Source of the DNA: Leptospira sp.
Lineage (GTDB): Bacteria; Spirochaetota; Leptospiria; Leptospirales; Leptospiraceae
Assembly: GCA_034439575.1 (NCBI GenBank)
Contig: JAWXAQ010000035.1
Coordinates: 32,001-96,000 of the forward strand
Length of the DNA: 64,000 nt
Direction of reading: 5' to 3'
Shown: positions 28,054-38,163 of the stretch, one piece after another
How the letters are laid out: each line of letters starts with the position of its first letter
How positions within the stretch are numbered: the first letter of the stretch is position 1
Made by a program: the position numbers and the translations under genes
Notes under the pieces: generated by a model
What the model was told of the DNA's origin: nothing
What the model saw: only the letters and a program-made list of their open reading frames with translations
The model's database searches: none

Positions 28054-28390
28054 AGCTGGCGATATTCTTTTAATCCCTTTTCCATTTTCAGAATTATATA
28101 AAGTTAAGAAAAGACCCGCCTTATTACTTTGTTTTACCGAATTTAGGAATTCTTATAGCCTCGCTACCATTGCCATGATCACAAGCCAGGTGGATGGATC
28201 GAGGCAGTCTGGAGATGTGATGTTAGCCGATTGGGCAATGGAGAATCTACTTCATCCAAGTATATTAAGATTATCAAAAATTGCAACAGTGGATCGAACC
28301 TTGATCATTTCTAAGCTCGGAACGCTGAGTAAAAGGGATTTCGCTTCGACGAAGCATGAGTTCAATAAAGTATTCTCTACTTGGATTTAA
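28040..28390 (+). CDS. Type II toxin, PemK/MazF family endoribonuclease
   Basis: GDILLIPFPFS, KKRPAL, AMITS, L-x-HPS-x-LRLSKI, KLGTL. Confidence 0.9.
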   Translation: MIACEAGDILLIPFPFSELYKVKKRPALLLCFTEFRNSYSLATIAMITSQVDGSRQSGDVMLADWAMENLLHPSILRLSKIATVDRTLIISKLGTLSKRDFASTKHEFNKVFSTWI

Positions 28391-28435
28391 ATATAAAAAA
28401 TATTAGTTATAATATTTTCCAAAGTCAACGACTCA

Positions 28436-29233
28436 CTAAAATACATTCCCTTCACCTGGAAATATATTTTTGACAACTTCTTCATGGTATAAATTTACCG
28501 AATCTCGTATAACAGTCGATAAATCCACATATTTTTTTAAGAACTTGGGTTTAAAACTTTCATTCATGCCCAGTAAATCTTGCATCACAAGAACTTGCCC
28601 CGAAGTCATTCGACCAGCGCCAATTCCGATCGTAGGAATGCCTGCGGTTTCTGTAATTTCCTGACCCAAAGATTCTGGTATCATTTCAAGTACGATGGCA
28701 AAAGCCCCTGCTTCGGCTAGAGCCTTTGCTTTTTGAATCATTCGCAAACGTGACTCTTCTGTTTTGCCTTGAACTCTATGACCACCTAAGGTATGTACAG
28801 ATTGAGGAGTTAAACCTAAATGAGAAAAAACCGGAACACCCATCTCTGTTAGACGGCGAGTTAGTTCGATCACAAGATCAGAATCCCCTTCCAATTTCAC
28901 ACAATCAGCCGTCGTTTCTTTCATGATTCTGCCAGCATTGCGAATGCCTTCTTCTATTGATGTCTGGTAAGAAAGAAAGGGCATATCTGCAATGACTGTT
29001 TTTTCAGGTGCCCCTTTGCAAACGGCCTTTGTATGATATATGATATCTTCAACAGTTACAGGAATGGTTGAACCATGCCCTTGGATCACATTGCCCATAG
29101 AATCACCTATCAAAATCGAATCAACTTCCGTCTGTGCAAATAGTCTCGCGAAACTATAGTCATAACAAGTGATGACCGAGATCGGAACTTTGGACTCGTA
29201 TTTTTTTTTAAACTGAAGTATGATATTTTTCAT
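28436..29233 (-). CDS. panB: 3-methyl-2-oxobutanoate hydroxymethyltransferase
   Basis: TCYD, ILIGDS, ADMPFLSY, VKLEG, HLGLTPQS, IGIGAG; ATG 29233. Confidence 0.96.
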   Translation of the reverse strand: MKNIILQFKKKYESKVPISVITCYDYSFARLFAQTEVDSILIGDSMGNVIQGHGSTIPVTVEDIIYHTKAVCKGAPEKTVIADMPFLSYQTSIEEGIRNAGRIMKETTADCVKLEGDSDLVIELTRRLTEMGVPVFSHLGLTPQSVHTLGGHRVQGKTEESRLRMIQKAKALAEAGAFAIVLEMIPESLGQEITETAGIPTIGIGAGRMTSGQVLVMQDLLGMNESFKPKFLKKYVDLSTVIRDSVNLYHEEVVKNIFPGEGNVF

Positions 29234-29681
29234 ATACTGATTCCTGAAATAGAGAATAAATCTCAGACTCACCCATCTCACCTAATATCTGTCTAATGAA
29301 AGGACGAGTATATAAAGAATGGTGTGGTAAAATCAAAAAATCCGTTTCCATGACAACGGCTTCATAAGTTAAAATATCTATATCTATCTCCCTTGGTCCC
29401 TTCCAAGATCTATGTTTTCTGCCCAATTTGTCTTCAATCGATAGTAAGGTATCCAATAAACATGGTAAGGTGAAACTCGGAGAAACATGAATTTTTAATA
29501 TCTGGTTTAAAAAATTTGGTTGGTTTGTATTTTCTAAAGGTGCGGTTTCTAATCGTTTAGATTCAGAAATGATTCTGATTTCAGGTAATCGTGAAATTTC
29601 CCATACTGCCTGTTCCATAAAATGAACTCGATCACCAATGTTTGAACCCAGTGAAAGAAAGGCAATATTCGCAAATTTCAT
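29208..29681 (-). CDS. folK: 2-amino-4-hydroxy-6-hydroxymethyldihydropteridine diphosphokinase
   Basis: LSLGSNIG, FLNQ, WKGPREIDIDIL, LPH; ATG 29681 overlaps the upstream stop. Confidence 0.95.
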   Translation of the reverse strand: MKFANIAFLSLGSNIGDRVHFMEQAVWEISRLPEIRIISESKRLETAPLENTNQPNFLNQILKIHVSPSFTLPCLLDTLLSIEDKLGRKHRSWKGPREIDIDILTYEAVVMETDFLILPHHSLYTRPFIRQILGEMGESEIYSLFQESVYEKYHTSV

Positions 29682-30550
29682 ATCATCTTTTCCGTTGAAA
29701 ATTTCATACGGTAATCTGGACATTTGAGTTGTATCTCTTTTGTCATTTCATTCAAACGAGAAAAAATGCGACCTTGCCCACGCTCTTTCCATTCAACAAG
29801 GGAATGATTTGAAGTAAGTAATGTCAGTTTATCTTGTTCATAACGGCTATCAATTAGATCGTATAACTTTCGATTGCTGAATTCGGATTCTTTTTGTATT
29901 CCAAAATCGTCAATGACGAGCACGTCAACATTGGCCAATTCGCGTTCGATAAATCGTTCTTGGCCATGAGTCTCGCTATCTGGCTGGTAAGTGTCACGTA
30001 TGGCGGATAAAAAATCTTTATTAACCTTGGCATACTTGCACTGAATTCCATATCGGAAAATAAGTTCGTTTAATATAACACAGGCGAGAAGTGTTTTTCC
30101 AGAACCTGTGCCACCCCATAAATAAAATCCTTTTCGAAGAAAAGATGGGTTTTGAAATTCATGAACCAGTTCATTGGCCCAATCATGAGCTACAATAAAA
30201 GATAAATCAGGATCACTACTGGTTTCCCCAAGATCAATCGTTGATAAAAATTGAAATCTATAACGTGGAGGAATATTTGCTTTTTCTACTAAAGTCTCAC
30301 TTTTTCTGATCGAAAAACGCGCATTATGACAGACACAAGGAAGCATTTTGTCTTGAGAACGATCAAATACTAGATAAGGAGCTTGGCCTTTCGCTTCACA
30401 AGTGTTACAGTCGCTACCAACACAATGACAAAGCGATAAGGCTCCAGATCTAGAACCTCTGACATGCTCGACAAGAGTAAAGCCTACGCCACCACAGGAT
30501 TTACACTGAGGATTTCCATCGCGGAGTGTGATAATTTCTGATAGATTCAT
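29678..30550 (-). CDS. DnaC/IstB-like AAA+ ATPase with N-terminal Cys motifs
   Basis: GGTGSGKT, VLVIDD, IDSRY...TSN, RIFSRL, DYR; CxxC/CxC pairs. Confidence 0.85.
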   Translation of the reverse strand: MNLSEIITLRDGNPQCKSCGGVGFTLVEHVRGSRSGALSLCHCVGSDCNTCEAKGQAPYLVFDRSQDKMLPCVCHNARFSIRKSETLVEKANIPPRYRFQFLSTIDLGETSSDPDLSFIVAHDWANELVHEFQNPSFLRKGFYLWGGTGSGKTLLACVILNELIFRYGIQCKYAKVNKDFLSAIRDTYQPDSETHGQERFIERELANVDVLVIDDFGIQKESEFSNRKLYDLIDSRYEQDKLTLLTSNHSLVEWKERGQGRIFSRLNEMTKEIQLKCPDYRMKFSTEKMI

Positions 30551-30781
30551 GGGCTAAAAACAAATTTCCCCATCTTCCTCGCCTGTCAAGGAATGAGAAT
30601 TTGTATAGCAAAACCGAATTATGTCCCTTCAAATCTCATCTTTCTAAAATTTTATCAAATAAAATGGTTTTTTTCGTGCTTTAATCGTTATTATTGACCC
30701 AGAGGCATCCGATACTTTCTTTGAAGAGAAAGATTTCTATCTCCTCTTTAAATATTGAAAGAGAAAAAGGGTCAAACGACT

Positions 30782-31678
30782 ATGAAGATTTTTAAATATC
30801 TCCTCATTCTCCATCTGGTATTGGCTGGTAGTGCAGTATTTGCACAGGATACCAATGCAGCAGACAGCCAAGCGGCTAAAGATCAGGTCGACGAACTACT
30901 GAAAGGTGAGCTCGTTCCTGAAAATGATGACGCTGAGTTAACTGCACCGCAGAAGGAACTTAAAAAGAAGACTATGGAAGATGAGTCTCTTTGGAACAAT
31001 CCAGATTACAAAGGTTACAACAAAACTTTTCAAGAGTTACACCAACTTTCAAAAACTTTTGCTAACAACCAATTTCGATTGGCACTATCCAACTATCAGT
31101 CTGGTGTAAACACAGTTCTCAAAAACAGAGAATGGACTGAACAGTACCGCAAAGAAGAAGCTGAAAAGAAGCGTCTTGATGAAAAATGGTACTGGCAAAA
31201 AGTGGATCGCCGCGCTAAAGAAGAACGAGTTGTTTCTCGTGAAAAAATGAAAGCGAAACAAGACTCGCTTAATTACTTCTCAAAAGCTATCAATCATTTA
31301 GATGAAATTAAAAACCCTGACCTAAGAGAAAGACCAGAATTTAAGAGATTACTTTCTGATGTGTATCGTTCTTGGATCATGGCTGAGTATGATATGCAAA
31401 ACCTTCCACAGTGTATCCCGATCCTCGAACTTTATATCGAGATTGATGATAACGAAAAGGAATATCCTGCTCACAAATACCTTGCTAGCTGTTATTCTTT
31501 CGAAGAAAACATGATGAAAAAGTCCAAAGGACCAGACGACATGCTCTTCAAATACAGATACAAGAAAAACGTTCACCTACTCCGTGCTACTGAGTTAAAA
31601 TATGGAAAAGATTCTCCTGAATACAAACATATCGTTAACATCATCAACAAGGATGAGGTTATTTCGGTAGCTCAATAA
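30782..31678 (+). CDS. fcpA: Flagellar coiling protein A
   Basis: Recognised as the Leptospira flagellar sheath protein ([13 protein letters not shown]...[11 protein letters not shown]...[11 protein letters not shown]). Confidence 0.88.
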   Translation: MKIFKYLLILHLVLAGSAVFAQDTNAADSQAAKDQVDELLKGELVPENDDAELTAPQKELKKKTMEDESLWNNPDYKGYNKTFQELHQLSKTFANNQFRLALSNYQSGVNTVLKNREWTEQYRKEEAEKKRLDEKWYWQKVDRRAKEERVVSREKMKAKQDSLNYFSKAINHLDEIKNPDLRERPEFKRLLSDVYRSWIMAEYDMQNLPQCIPILELYIEIDDNEKEYPAHKYLASCYSFEENMMKKSKGPDDMLFKYRYKKNVHLLRATELKYGKDSPEYKHIVNIINKDEVISVAQ

Positions 31679-31704
31679 TCCCGAAACATCTCTTTCAATG
31701 AAAG

Positions 31705-31731
31705 AACCCGGTCCATTGGCCGGGTTTTTTT
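31705..31731 (+). terminator. Rho-independent terminator (probably bidirectional)
   Basis: aacccggt-ccattg-gccgggttttttt between convergent genes. Confidence 0.85.
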
Positions 31732-31743
31732 GTATCCATTTCC

Positions 31744-34281
31744 TTATTTGATTTCTTTCAATAATTGTTTGGAAGGCAATCGAAACAAATTTAATATTCC
31801 AATTTGGTAAATCACAAGGGTAATTATGATAACGCCAATAAACACCAAAACCAAATTCCCCCATGGAATCACTGGCCGAAGCTCTAGAATATATCGATTT
31901 AAAATTTCATTTCCAATCAGTGAATAAACAAATCCTATCAAAAATGCAATCGTAGAGATAAGTAGTCCTTCTCGCAAAAAATGCATACTAAGAAAACGAG
32001 AACTACCGCCGATCACTCGCATAAGTGAAAATTCTTTTTTCCTTTCAAAGTGGCTAGAATAAAGAGAAGTAAACACAAGAATGAGTGCTGACATTAAAAT
32101 CAATCCAGTCATAAGACGAATCATTTGAGTCACCTTTTCCAAAATGCCCAAAAATGCTTGGATCGTTTTTTCCGTATCGATCACCGTAATATTCGGATAA
32201 GCTGATACGATTCCTTTTTGCAATTGGTACCTATCCTCGGAATTTTCCAATAACAAAGAAGAAAGGTAAAAACGAGGCGCTTTTTCCAAAAAACCACCCG
32301 AAAATACGACAACGAAATTTGGTTTCATATCTGACCAATTTACAGAACGTAAATTGGAAATTTTGCCCTCTACTTCTATGCCTTGTATATTGAAAGTTAA
32401 AGTATCTCCAACTCCTGCTCCTAAATAACCAGAAAATTCTTTTTCAACGGAAATTTGATTTTGGTCACTTTCGTTCCACCACCTACCATCTGTTACTTTT
32501 TCTGTATCAAATAAATTATTTCTATAAGTCAAAAAGTATTCTCTAGTTCGGGCAGTGGCTCGCCAATTTCTCTCCATTGCATTTCGAAGTGTATCTTCTT
32601 TTTTAACAGGCTCACCATTCACTTTCGCGAGTCGTGCTCCAATAATTGGCGCTAGGTATTGTTTTTTTACCGGAAATTTCCCTAAGATAGTTTCTATTCC
32701 GATTCGCTGGTCTTCCTTTATGTCCAATAAAAAAACATTGGGTCGTCGATTTATTTCACGTGCTCCACTTAATTCCATCAAACTTTCTTGGAGAACGAGC
32801 GACAAACAGAGTATAAATAAAGCAGAACCTAATCCAAGTATTGATAATCGAATCGATCCCGATTTGCGTATGATTTTTTTTGTGACAAGGCTCCACTCTT
32901 TTGAAATCAACGCATACTTTGTTAGTTGGATAAGCAGTATTCCAAACAATTTAAAAAGGCCAAAAACTAAAATCGGTAAACTAACAAGAACAATTGCAAA
33001 AATAAATCCCTTGAAGAGTGATTCTGTTTCAATCGTGGCAAGAAGGACAAAAAGAAGATAAATACCCAAAGACGAAAAAATTAAAATCCATCTATCACTA
33101 CTCGTTTGTTCTCTTGATTCAATTTCTTTTAGAGCGAGTAAAGGTTTTGTTTGTCCCGCATCCCATACTAAAGGCAAGGCTACAAGTAAAGGAACAATGA
33201 TTCCAAGTAACAAACTCCATAAAATAGATGATAGAGTTAATGTTGGTGAAATAGTTCCTAAAAAATCAGATCCAGTGAGGGAAGGTATCCAATTTTGAAT
33301 TTGATAACCTAACAACAGACCAAAAATAGTGGCGATACTTGAAACTAAAAATATTTCGCATATAATTAAAACCAATATAACTTTTGGTTTTGCCCCAAGG
33401 CACATTAGAATAGAAATTTCATTTTTCTTTTCTTTCAATCGTGTTCGAATCGCTGTATAGACGGAAATGGCTCCCAGAAAAAAACCTGCAAGTGCCAATA
33501 ATGACATGTAGTCAAAAGTATTTTTTAAAAACTGTTGAGATCCAGAATTAACTTCTGTATGATGATAAATTGTAAGATCATTTTTTATAAACGCTTCAAA
33601 GTTTCTTTCTTTCCATTCGCTCGCATTTATTTTCTGATCTAACTTTACATAAACGGTATAACGAATCCGACTTCCTCTTTGAATGAGTCCAGTCAAAAAA
33701 GCTGTTTCTTCTAAGATTACAGTTGTTGGGGCCGCACCCACAAAGGAACCGACAGCACCAGGCTCTTTTATGATCCAGCCTTTTACTGATAAATCCTTAT
33801 CTCCCAATGACACTTTATCACCTAACTTAATTTTCAGGTTCTGTCCAAGATTTTTCTCCATAAGGATTTGGTCTTTTTCTAAATTCAAATAGGCATCTTT
33901 TGGTTCAGTTATAAATTCTCCATAAAAAGGGTAATTTTTTTGTATCGCCTTAACATATGTTAATGAACTCTCTGTATTCTTTTTTGCTAAAACCATAGAC
34001 AAAAATTGAATCGAACTAGATCGTTTTGCCCCAATAGGTAGTGATTTTTCTATTAAATCCTTAGCATCAGAGGTAAATTCTTGCGGTGATTGGAAGGCTA
34101 AGTCAGCACCCATTAGATTTTTTGCTTCTTTTTGGATGGCTGCTTGAATCGTATTTTTATAGGAATGTATGCCGATCACAGCACCAACTCCTAAAGTTAT
34201 GGACACAAGTAATAGAAGTGAAAATTCAGGACGTGTAAATAATTCTCTACGTAAATAGAATTTTAATAGACCAGTATTCAT
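31744..34281 (-). CDS. ABC transporter permease, FtsX/YbbP type
   Basis: 845 aa; two MacB/FtsX-like halves; PNVFLLDI, RSVNW-x-PNF. Confidence 0.88.
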   Translation of the reverse strand: MNTGLLKFYLRRELFTRPEFSLLLLVSITLGVGAVIGIHSYKNTIQAAIQKEAKNLMGADLAFQSPQEFTSDAKDLIEKSLPIGAKRSSSIQFLSMVLAKKNTESSLTYVKAIQKNYPFYGEFITEPKDAYLNLEKDQILMEKNLGQNLKIKLGDKVSLGDKDLSVKGWIIKEPGAVGSFVGAAPTTVILEETAFLTGLIQRGSRIRYTVYVKLDQKINASEWKERNFEAFIKNDLTIYHHTEVNSGSQQFLKNTFDYMSLLALAGFFLGAISVYTAIRTRLKEKKNEISILMCLGAKPKVILVLIICEIFLVSSIATIFGLLLGYQIQNWIPSLTGSDFLGTISPTLTLSSILWSLLLGIIVPLLVALPLVWDAGQTKPLLALKEIESREQTSSDRWILIFSSLGIYLLFVLLATIETESLFKGFIFAIVLVSLPILVFGLFKLFGILLIQLTKYALISKEWSLVTKKIIRKSGSIRLSILGLGSALFILCLSLVLQESLMELSGAREINRRPNVFLLDIKEDQRIGIETILGKFPVKKQYLAPIIGARLAKVNGEPVKKEDTLRNAMERNWRATARTREYFLTYRNNLFDTEKVTDGRWWNESDQNQISVEKEFSGYLGAGVGDTLTFNIQGIEVEGKISNLRSVNWSDMKPNFVVVFSGGFLEKAPRFYLSSLLLENSEDRYQLQKGIVSAYPNITVIDTEKTIQAFLGILEKVTQMIRLMTGLILMSALILVFTSLYSSHFERKKEFSLMRVIGGSSRFLSMHFLREGLLISTIAFLIGFVYSLIGNEILNRYILELRPVIPWGNLVLVFIGVIIITLVIYQIGILNLFRLPSKQLLKEIK

Positions 34282-34997
34282 TTTTTCTTCTTCTTTGCAG
34301 GTTTTTTAGATATTCTATTTTCCTTTTTTGGAAGCAATATTTCACCATCTCGCATTTCTAAAACCCTATCAGCTAACTTTGCAACAGCTGGATCATGTGT
34401 AACAATAATTAAAGTTGTATTTAACTTTTTATTTCTCTCCAATAAAAGATCCAATACGACTTTACTATTCTTTGAATCTAAGTTTGCTGTTGGTTCATCT
34501 GCAAATATAATTTTTGGTTCATTGATAAATGACCTTGCAATGGCCACACGTTGTTCTTCTCCACCAGACAACTGTTTTGGAAAATGATTCGCCCTATGAC
34601 TCATAGATACAGAAGCTAACAAGTCCATAGACTTTTTTAATATTTCTTTTTCATTTAAATTACTAGTGAGGTATAAAGGTATCCCCACATTTTCTAAAGC
34701 ATTCATACCAGGCAGTAGTTGAAAATTTTGAAAGATAAATCCTATTTTATTTGCACGCACATTTGCGAGTGATGATTCAGATTCACCAGTCAAATCAATT
34801 TCATCTAATAAAACTACACCTGTATTTGGTTTATCTAAACCAGCCGCTATACCTAAAAGAGTTGATTTACCTGATCCAGAAGGACCAATAATCGCGACAA
34901 ATTCACCACTTCGCACACGAAATGAAATATTCTTAAGCACTTCTATTGGTTCTGGTTCAGAAACAAATGATTTAGACACGTTTATAAATTCTAACAC
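34278..34997 (-). CDS. ABC transporter ATP-binding protein (LolD/YbbA type)
   Basis: GPSGSGKS, LSGGEEQRVAIAR, FADEPT. Confidence 0.93.
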   Translation of the reverse strand: MLEFINVSKSFVSEPEPIEVLKNISFRVRSGEFVAIIGPSGSGKSTLLGIAAGLDKPNTGVVLLDEIDLTGESESSLANVRANKIGFIFQNFQLLPGMNALENVGIPLYLTSNLNEKEILKKSMDLLASVSMSHRANHFPKQLSGGEEQRVAIARSFINEPKIIFADEPTANLDSKNSKVVLDLLLERNKKLNTTLIIVTHDPAVAKLADRVLEMRDGEILLPKKENRISKKPAKKKKK

Positions 34998-35369
34998 TAG
35001 GATTTTCCCCCACTCTTCTTATCGTATAACAAATATTTAATGACAATGAATGGGCATTTATTCTGATAAATGCCGCATAACATAAAAATTTTATTTTCTT
35101 TGAATTATTTATCTTTTTTTATTTCTGTGTTTTTGTTCCAACTCTATTGCACACTTTTGAAAAATTTTCTAAAAAAAAAATTCTCCACTTTTTGAGAGTA
35201 GTGGCTAATTTTTTTTGACCCCAAACCAGTGATTTTATATACAGTAACTTCATCGTAGTGCTTTTGATTTGTATTTGAAACAGACCTTACAAGGTTATGA
35301 ACAGCACTGTCGATAAGCCCTGCTTGATTAGGTAAAAATAGAATGCTTGAATGCGAAACTGAGATAGAT

Positions 35370-35522
35370 ATGGCAACCGAGCCGCATGCTAAAAATAATG
35401 AATTGAGAACCTGCAGCGAATGTGGGACGATTACACTCTTATACCAGAACGATACCTGTAAAAGTTGTTTAGCAAAGAGCTTCAAAAAGCTTGTAAAAAT
35501 CATTGATTCCGTGAGAAAGTAA
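35370..35522 (+). CDS. Small zinc-ribbon-like protein (50 aa)
   Basis: MATEPHAKNNELRTCSECGTITLLYQNDTCKSCLAKSFKKLVKIIDSVRK; two CxxC. Confidence 0.65.
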   Translation: MATEPHAKNNELRTCSECGTITLLYQNDTCKSCLAKSFKKLVKIIDSVRK

Positions 35523-35550
35523 ATATTGTGCATTCTTTTCCTGTTAGTCG

Positions 35551-38154
35551 ATGAGTTATCCCTTCCAAGACATTGAACCAAAGTGGCAATCATACTGGGA
35601 CAAGCACAACACTTTCCAAACAGATCCACATTCTAAAAAACCAAAGTACTATTGTTTAGACATGTTCCCCTACCCTAGTGGTGCGGGATTACATGTAGGC
35701 CATCCTGAAGGTTATACCGCTACAGATATCATATCAAGACTCAAACGAATGGAAGGATACGAAGTGCTCCATCCAATGGGATGGGATGCTTTTGGTCTAC
35801 CAGCCGAAAGATATGCAATGACGACTGGAATCCATCCAAAAGTCACAACAAAAAACAACATCGACAACTTTCGCAAACAAATCAAAATGCTTGGCCTTTC
35901 TTATGATTGGTCTCGTGAAATTTCCACTACAGATCCAGAGTATTATAGATGGACTCAGTGGATTTTTTTGCAAATTTACAATTCCTACTTTGACCGTAGC
36001 AAAAACAAAGCTGAACCAATCAGTAAATTAATCACTGATTTTGAATCAAATGGATCCGCTTCCTTCGAAGGCTTTGAACTTCCGAAAGGAATTTCTTTTT
36101 CAAACAATGAATGGAAATCCAAATCAAGAAAGGAAAAAGAAGATATTTTATCTCACTTCCGACTCGTATATGAAGCAAAGATACCAGTCAATTGGTGTGA
36201 AGCTCTCGGCACAGTACTTGCCAATGAAGAAGTCGAAGAATGGGTTTCCAAAGGTTATTCCGTAGAACGACGACCTATGCGTCAGTATATGATGCGCATC
36301 ACTTCCTACGCCGAACGCCTATTAAACGATCTATCTTTATGTGAATGGCCTGTTTCTACGCTTGAAATGCAAAGGAATTGGATCGGCAAATCAGAAGGCT
36401 TAGAAATTGAATTTCCATTGGCCAATGGAGAGAAAGGTATCACAGTTTATACAACTCGTCCTGATACCATTTTTGGTGCCACTTATCTTGTGTTAGCCCC
36501 AGAACATCCTCTCGTTTCAGAAATTATCACTCTAGATCAAAAGTCGGCAGTCACGTCTTACCAAAAAGAATGTGCATTAAAAAGTGATCTTGAAAGAACA
36601 GAACTGAACAAAGAAAAATCTGGTGTCTTCACCGGTGCATTTGCTTTACATCCTGTTGATTCCTCTAAACAAATTCCGATTTATATTTCTGATTACGTTT
36701 TGTACGGTTATGGGACGGGAGCGATTATGGCGGTGCCAGCTCATGACCAGCGCGATTATGAATTTGCCATCAAATTCCAATTACCTATCATTCCTGTCAT
36801 CGATGGAAAAATCGAAGATGGAAAGGCATTTGATTCCAAAGAATCAAAATGTATCAATTCGAACTCTCCAGTTTTAAATCTAGATGGGATGACCTACAAA
36901 CAAGCGTTTGATGCTATATCCAATTGGGCTGAAGGAAAAAAAGTTGGCAAAAAGAAAATTCAATTCAAATTAAGAGATTGGCTTTTTGCTAGACAAAGGT
37001 ATTGGGGTGAGCCGATTCCTCTTGTTCATTTTGAAGACGGCAGTCCCAAAGCTTTAAATGATACAGAGCTTCCACTCATTTTACCTGACTTGAACGAGTT
37101 TAAACCTTCGGGAACTGGTGAATCACCACTTGCAAATGCCAAAGACTGGCTTATATACAAAGATCCAGAAACAGGCGAAGTCGGTAGAAGAGAAACAAAT
37201 ACTATGCCTCAGTGGGCTGGTTCTTGTTGGTATTATTTACGTTATATTGATCCTAAAAATTCAAATAGACTTATTGATCCAGAACTTGAAAAAGCATGGA
37301 TGCCTGTTGAAATTTATATTGGCGGAGCAGAACATGCCGTATTGCACCTGCTATACTCTCGTTTTTGGCATAAGATACTTTTTGATTTAGGCCATGTGTC
37401 GACTCCGGAACCTTTCCAAAAATTGGTTCACCAAGGACTGATCCTTGGGGAAGACAAAAGCAAAATGTCAAAGTCTAGGGGCAATGTTGTTAATCCAGAT
37501 GATGTTGTGATCGAATATGGGGCTGACACGCTAAGACTTTTCGAAATGTTTATGGGACCTTTCGAAATGACAAAACCTTGGAGTAAAAATGGTGTAGAGG
37601 GAGTCTTTCGATTCCTAAACCGTGTTTGGCGACTTTTTCATTCTGGACCAGAAGAAACCTTCCTTGTTCATGATGTTCCACCATCAGATGCTGAATGGAA
37701 GATTTTACATCGCACTTTAAAAAAAGTAAAAGAAGATATTGATCATTTTTCTTTTAATACAGCCGTTTCGCAAATGATGATTTATGTGAACGAACTGACT
37801 GGATCAGTGAATAAACCAAAATCAATTTTGGAACCATTTGTACTTGCCTTGTCACCCTTTGCACCTCACCTAGCAGAAGAACTTTGGCAAAAATTAGGTC
37901 ATAGTTCAACGATTGCCTTTGAACCATATCCAAAATGGGACGAGAAATATCTGTTAGATGCAGAAATCACTATCGTAGTACAAGTCAATGGAAAGATGCG
38001 AGGCGAGTTCCTAGCATCCAGAGACATCAACCAAGAACAAGCGATCGCTATGGCAAAAAAGGTAGATAAAATTCAGCCGTTTATCACAGGCAAAGACATC
38101 AAAAAAGAAATCTATGTGCCTGGAAAACTGGTAAATATCGTAGTTGCTGGATAG
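35551..38154 (+). CDS. leuS: Leucine--tRNA ligase
   Basis: MFPYPSGAGLHVGH, GTGAIMAVPAHD, KMSKS. Confidence 0.98.
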   Translation: MSYPFQDIEPKWQSYWDKHNTFQTDPHSKKPKYYCLDMFPYPSGAGLHVGHPEGYTATDIISRLKRMEGYEVLHPMGWDAFGLPAERYAMTTGIHPKVTTKNNIDNFRKQIKMLGLSYDWSREISTTDPEYYRWTQWIFLQIYNSYFDRSKNKAEPISKLITDFESNGSASFEGFELPKGISFSNNEWKSKSRKEKEDILSHFRLVYEAKIPVNWCEALGTVLANEEVEEWVSKGYSVERRPMRQYMMRITSYAERLLNDLSLCEWPVSTLEMQRNWIGKSEGLEIEFPLANGEKGITVYTTRPDTIFGATYLVLAPEHPLVSEIITLDQKSAVTSYQKECALKSDLERTELNKEKSGVFTGAFALHPVDSSKQIPIYISDYVLYGYGTGAIMAVPAHDQRDYEFAIKFQLPIIPVIDGKIEDGKAFDSKESKCINSNSPVLNLDGMTYKQAFDAISNWAEGKKVGKKKIQFKLRDWLFARQRYWGEPIPLVHFEDGSPKALNDTELPLILPDLNEFKPSGTGESPLANAKDWLIYKDPETGEVGRRETNTMPQWAGSCWYYLRYIDPKNSNRLIDPELEKAWMPVEIYIGGAEHAVLHLLYSRFWHKILFDLGHVSTPEPFQKLVHQGLILGEDKSKMSKSRGNVVNPDDVVIEYGADTLRLFEMFMGPFEMTKPWSKNGVEGVFRFLNRVWRLFHSGPEETFLVHDVPPSDAEWKILHRTLKKVKEDIDHFSFNTAVSQMMIYVNELTGSVNKPKSILEPFVLALSPFAPHLAEELWQKLGHSSTIAFEPYPKWDEKYLLDAEITIVVQVNGKMRGEFLASRDINQEQAIAMAKKVDKIQPFITGKDIKKEIYVPGKLVNIVVAG

Positions 38155-38163
38155 AATTTCTGA

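Noticed and set aside
29678-30550. IS21 element (IstB)
   Set aside because: No IstA transposase or terminal repeats; the gene is coupled to housekeeping folK
30700-30716. Sigma28-like tccgata upstream of fcpA (also at ~60742)
   Set aside because: No convincing correctly spaced -35 TAAA element; cannot be supported from sequence alone
35144-35629. 161-aa minus-strand ORF
   Set aside because: Overlaps the leuS start and the better-supported CxxC small ORF; no recognisable motifs
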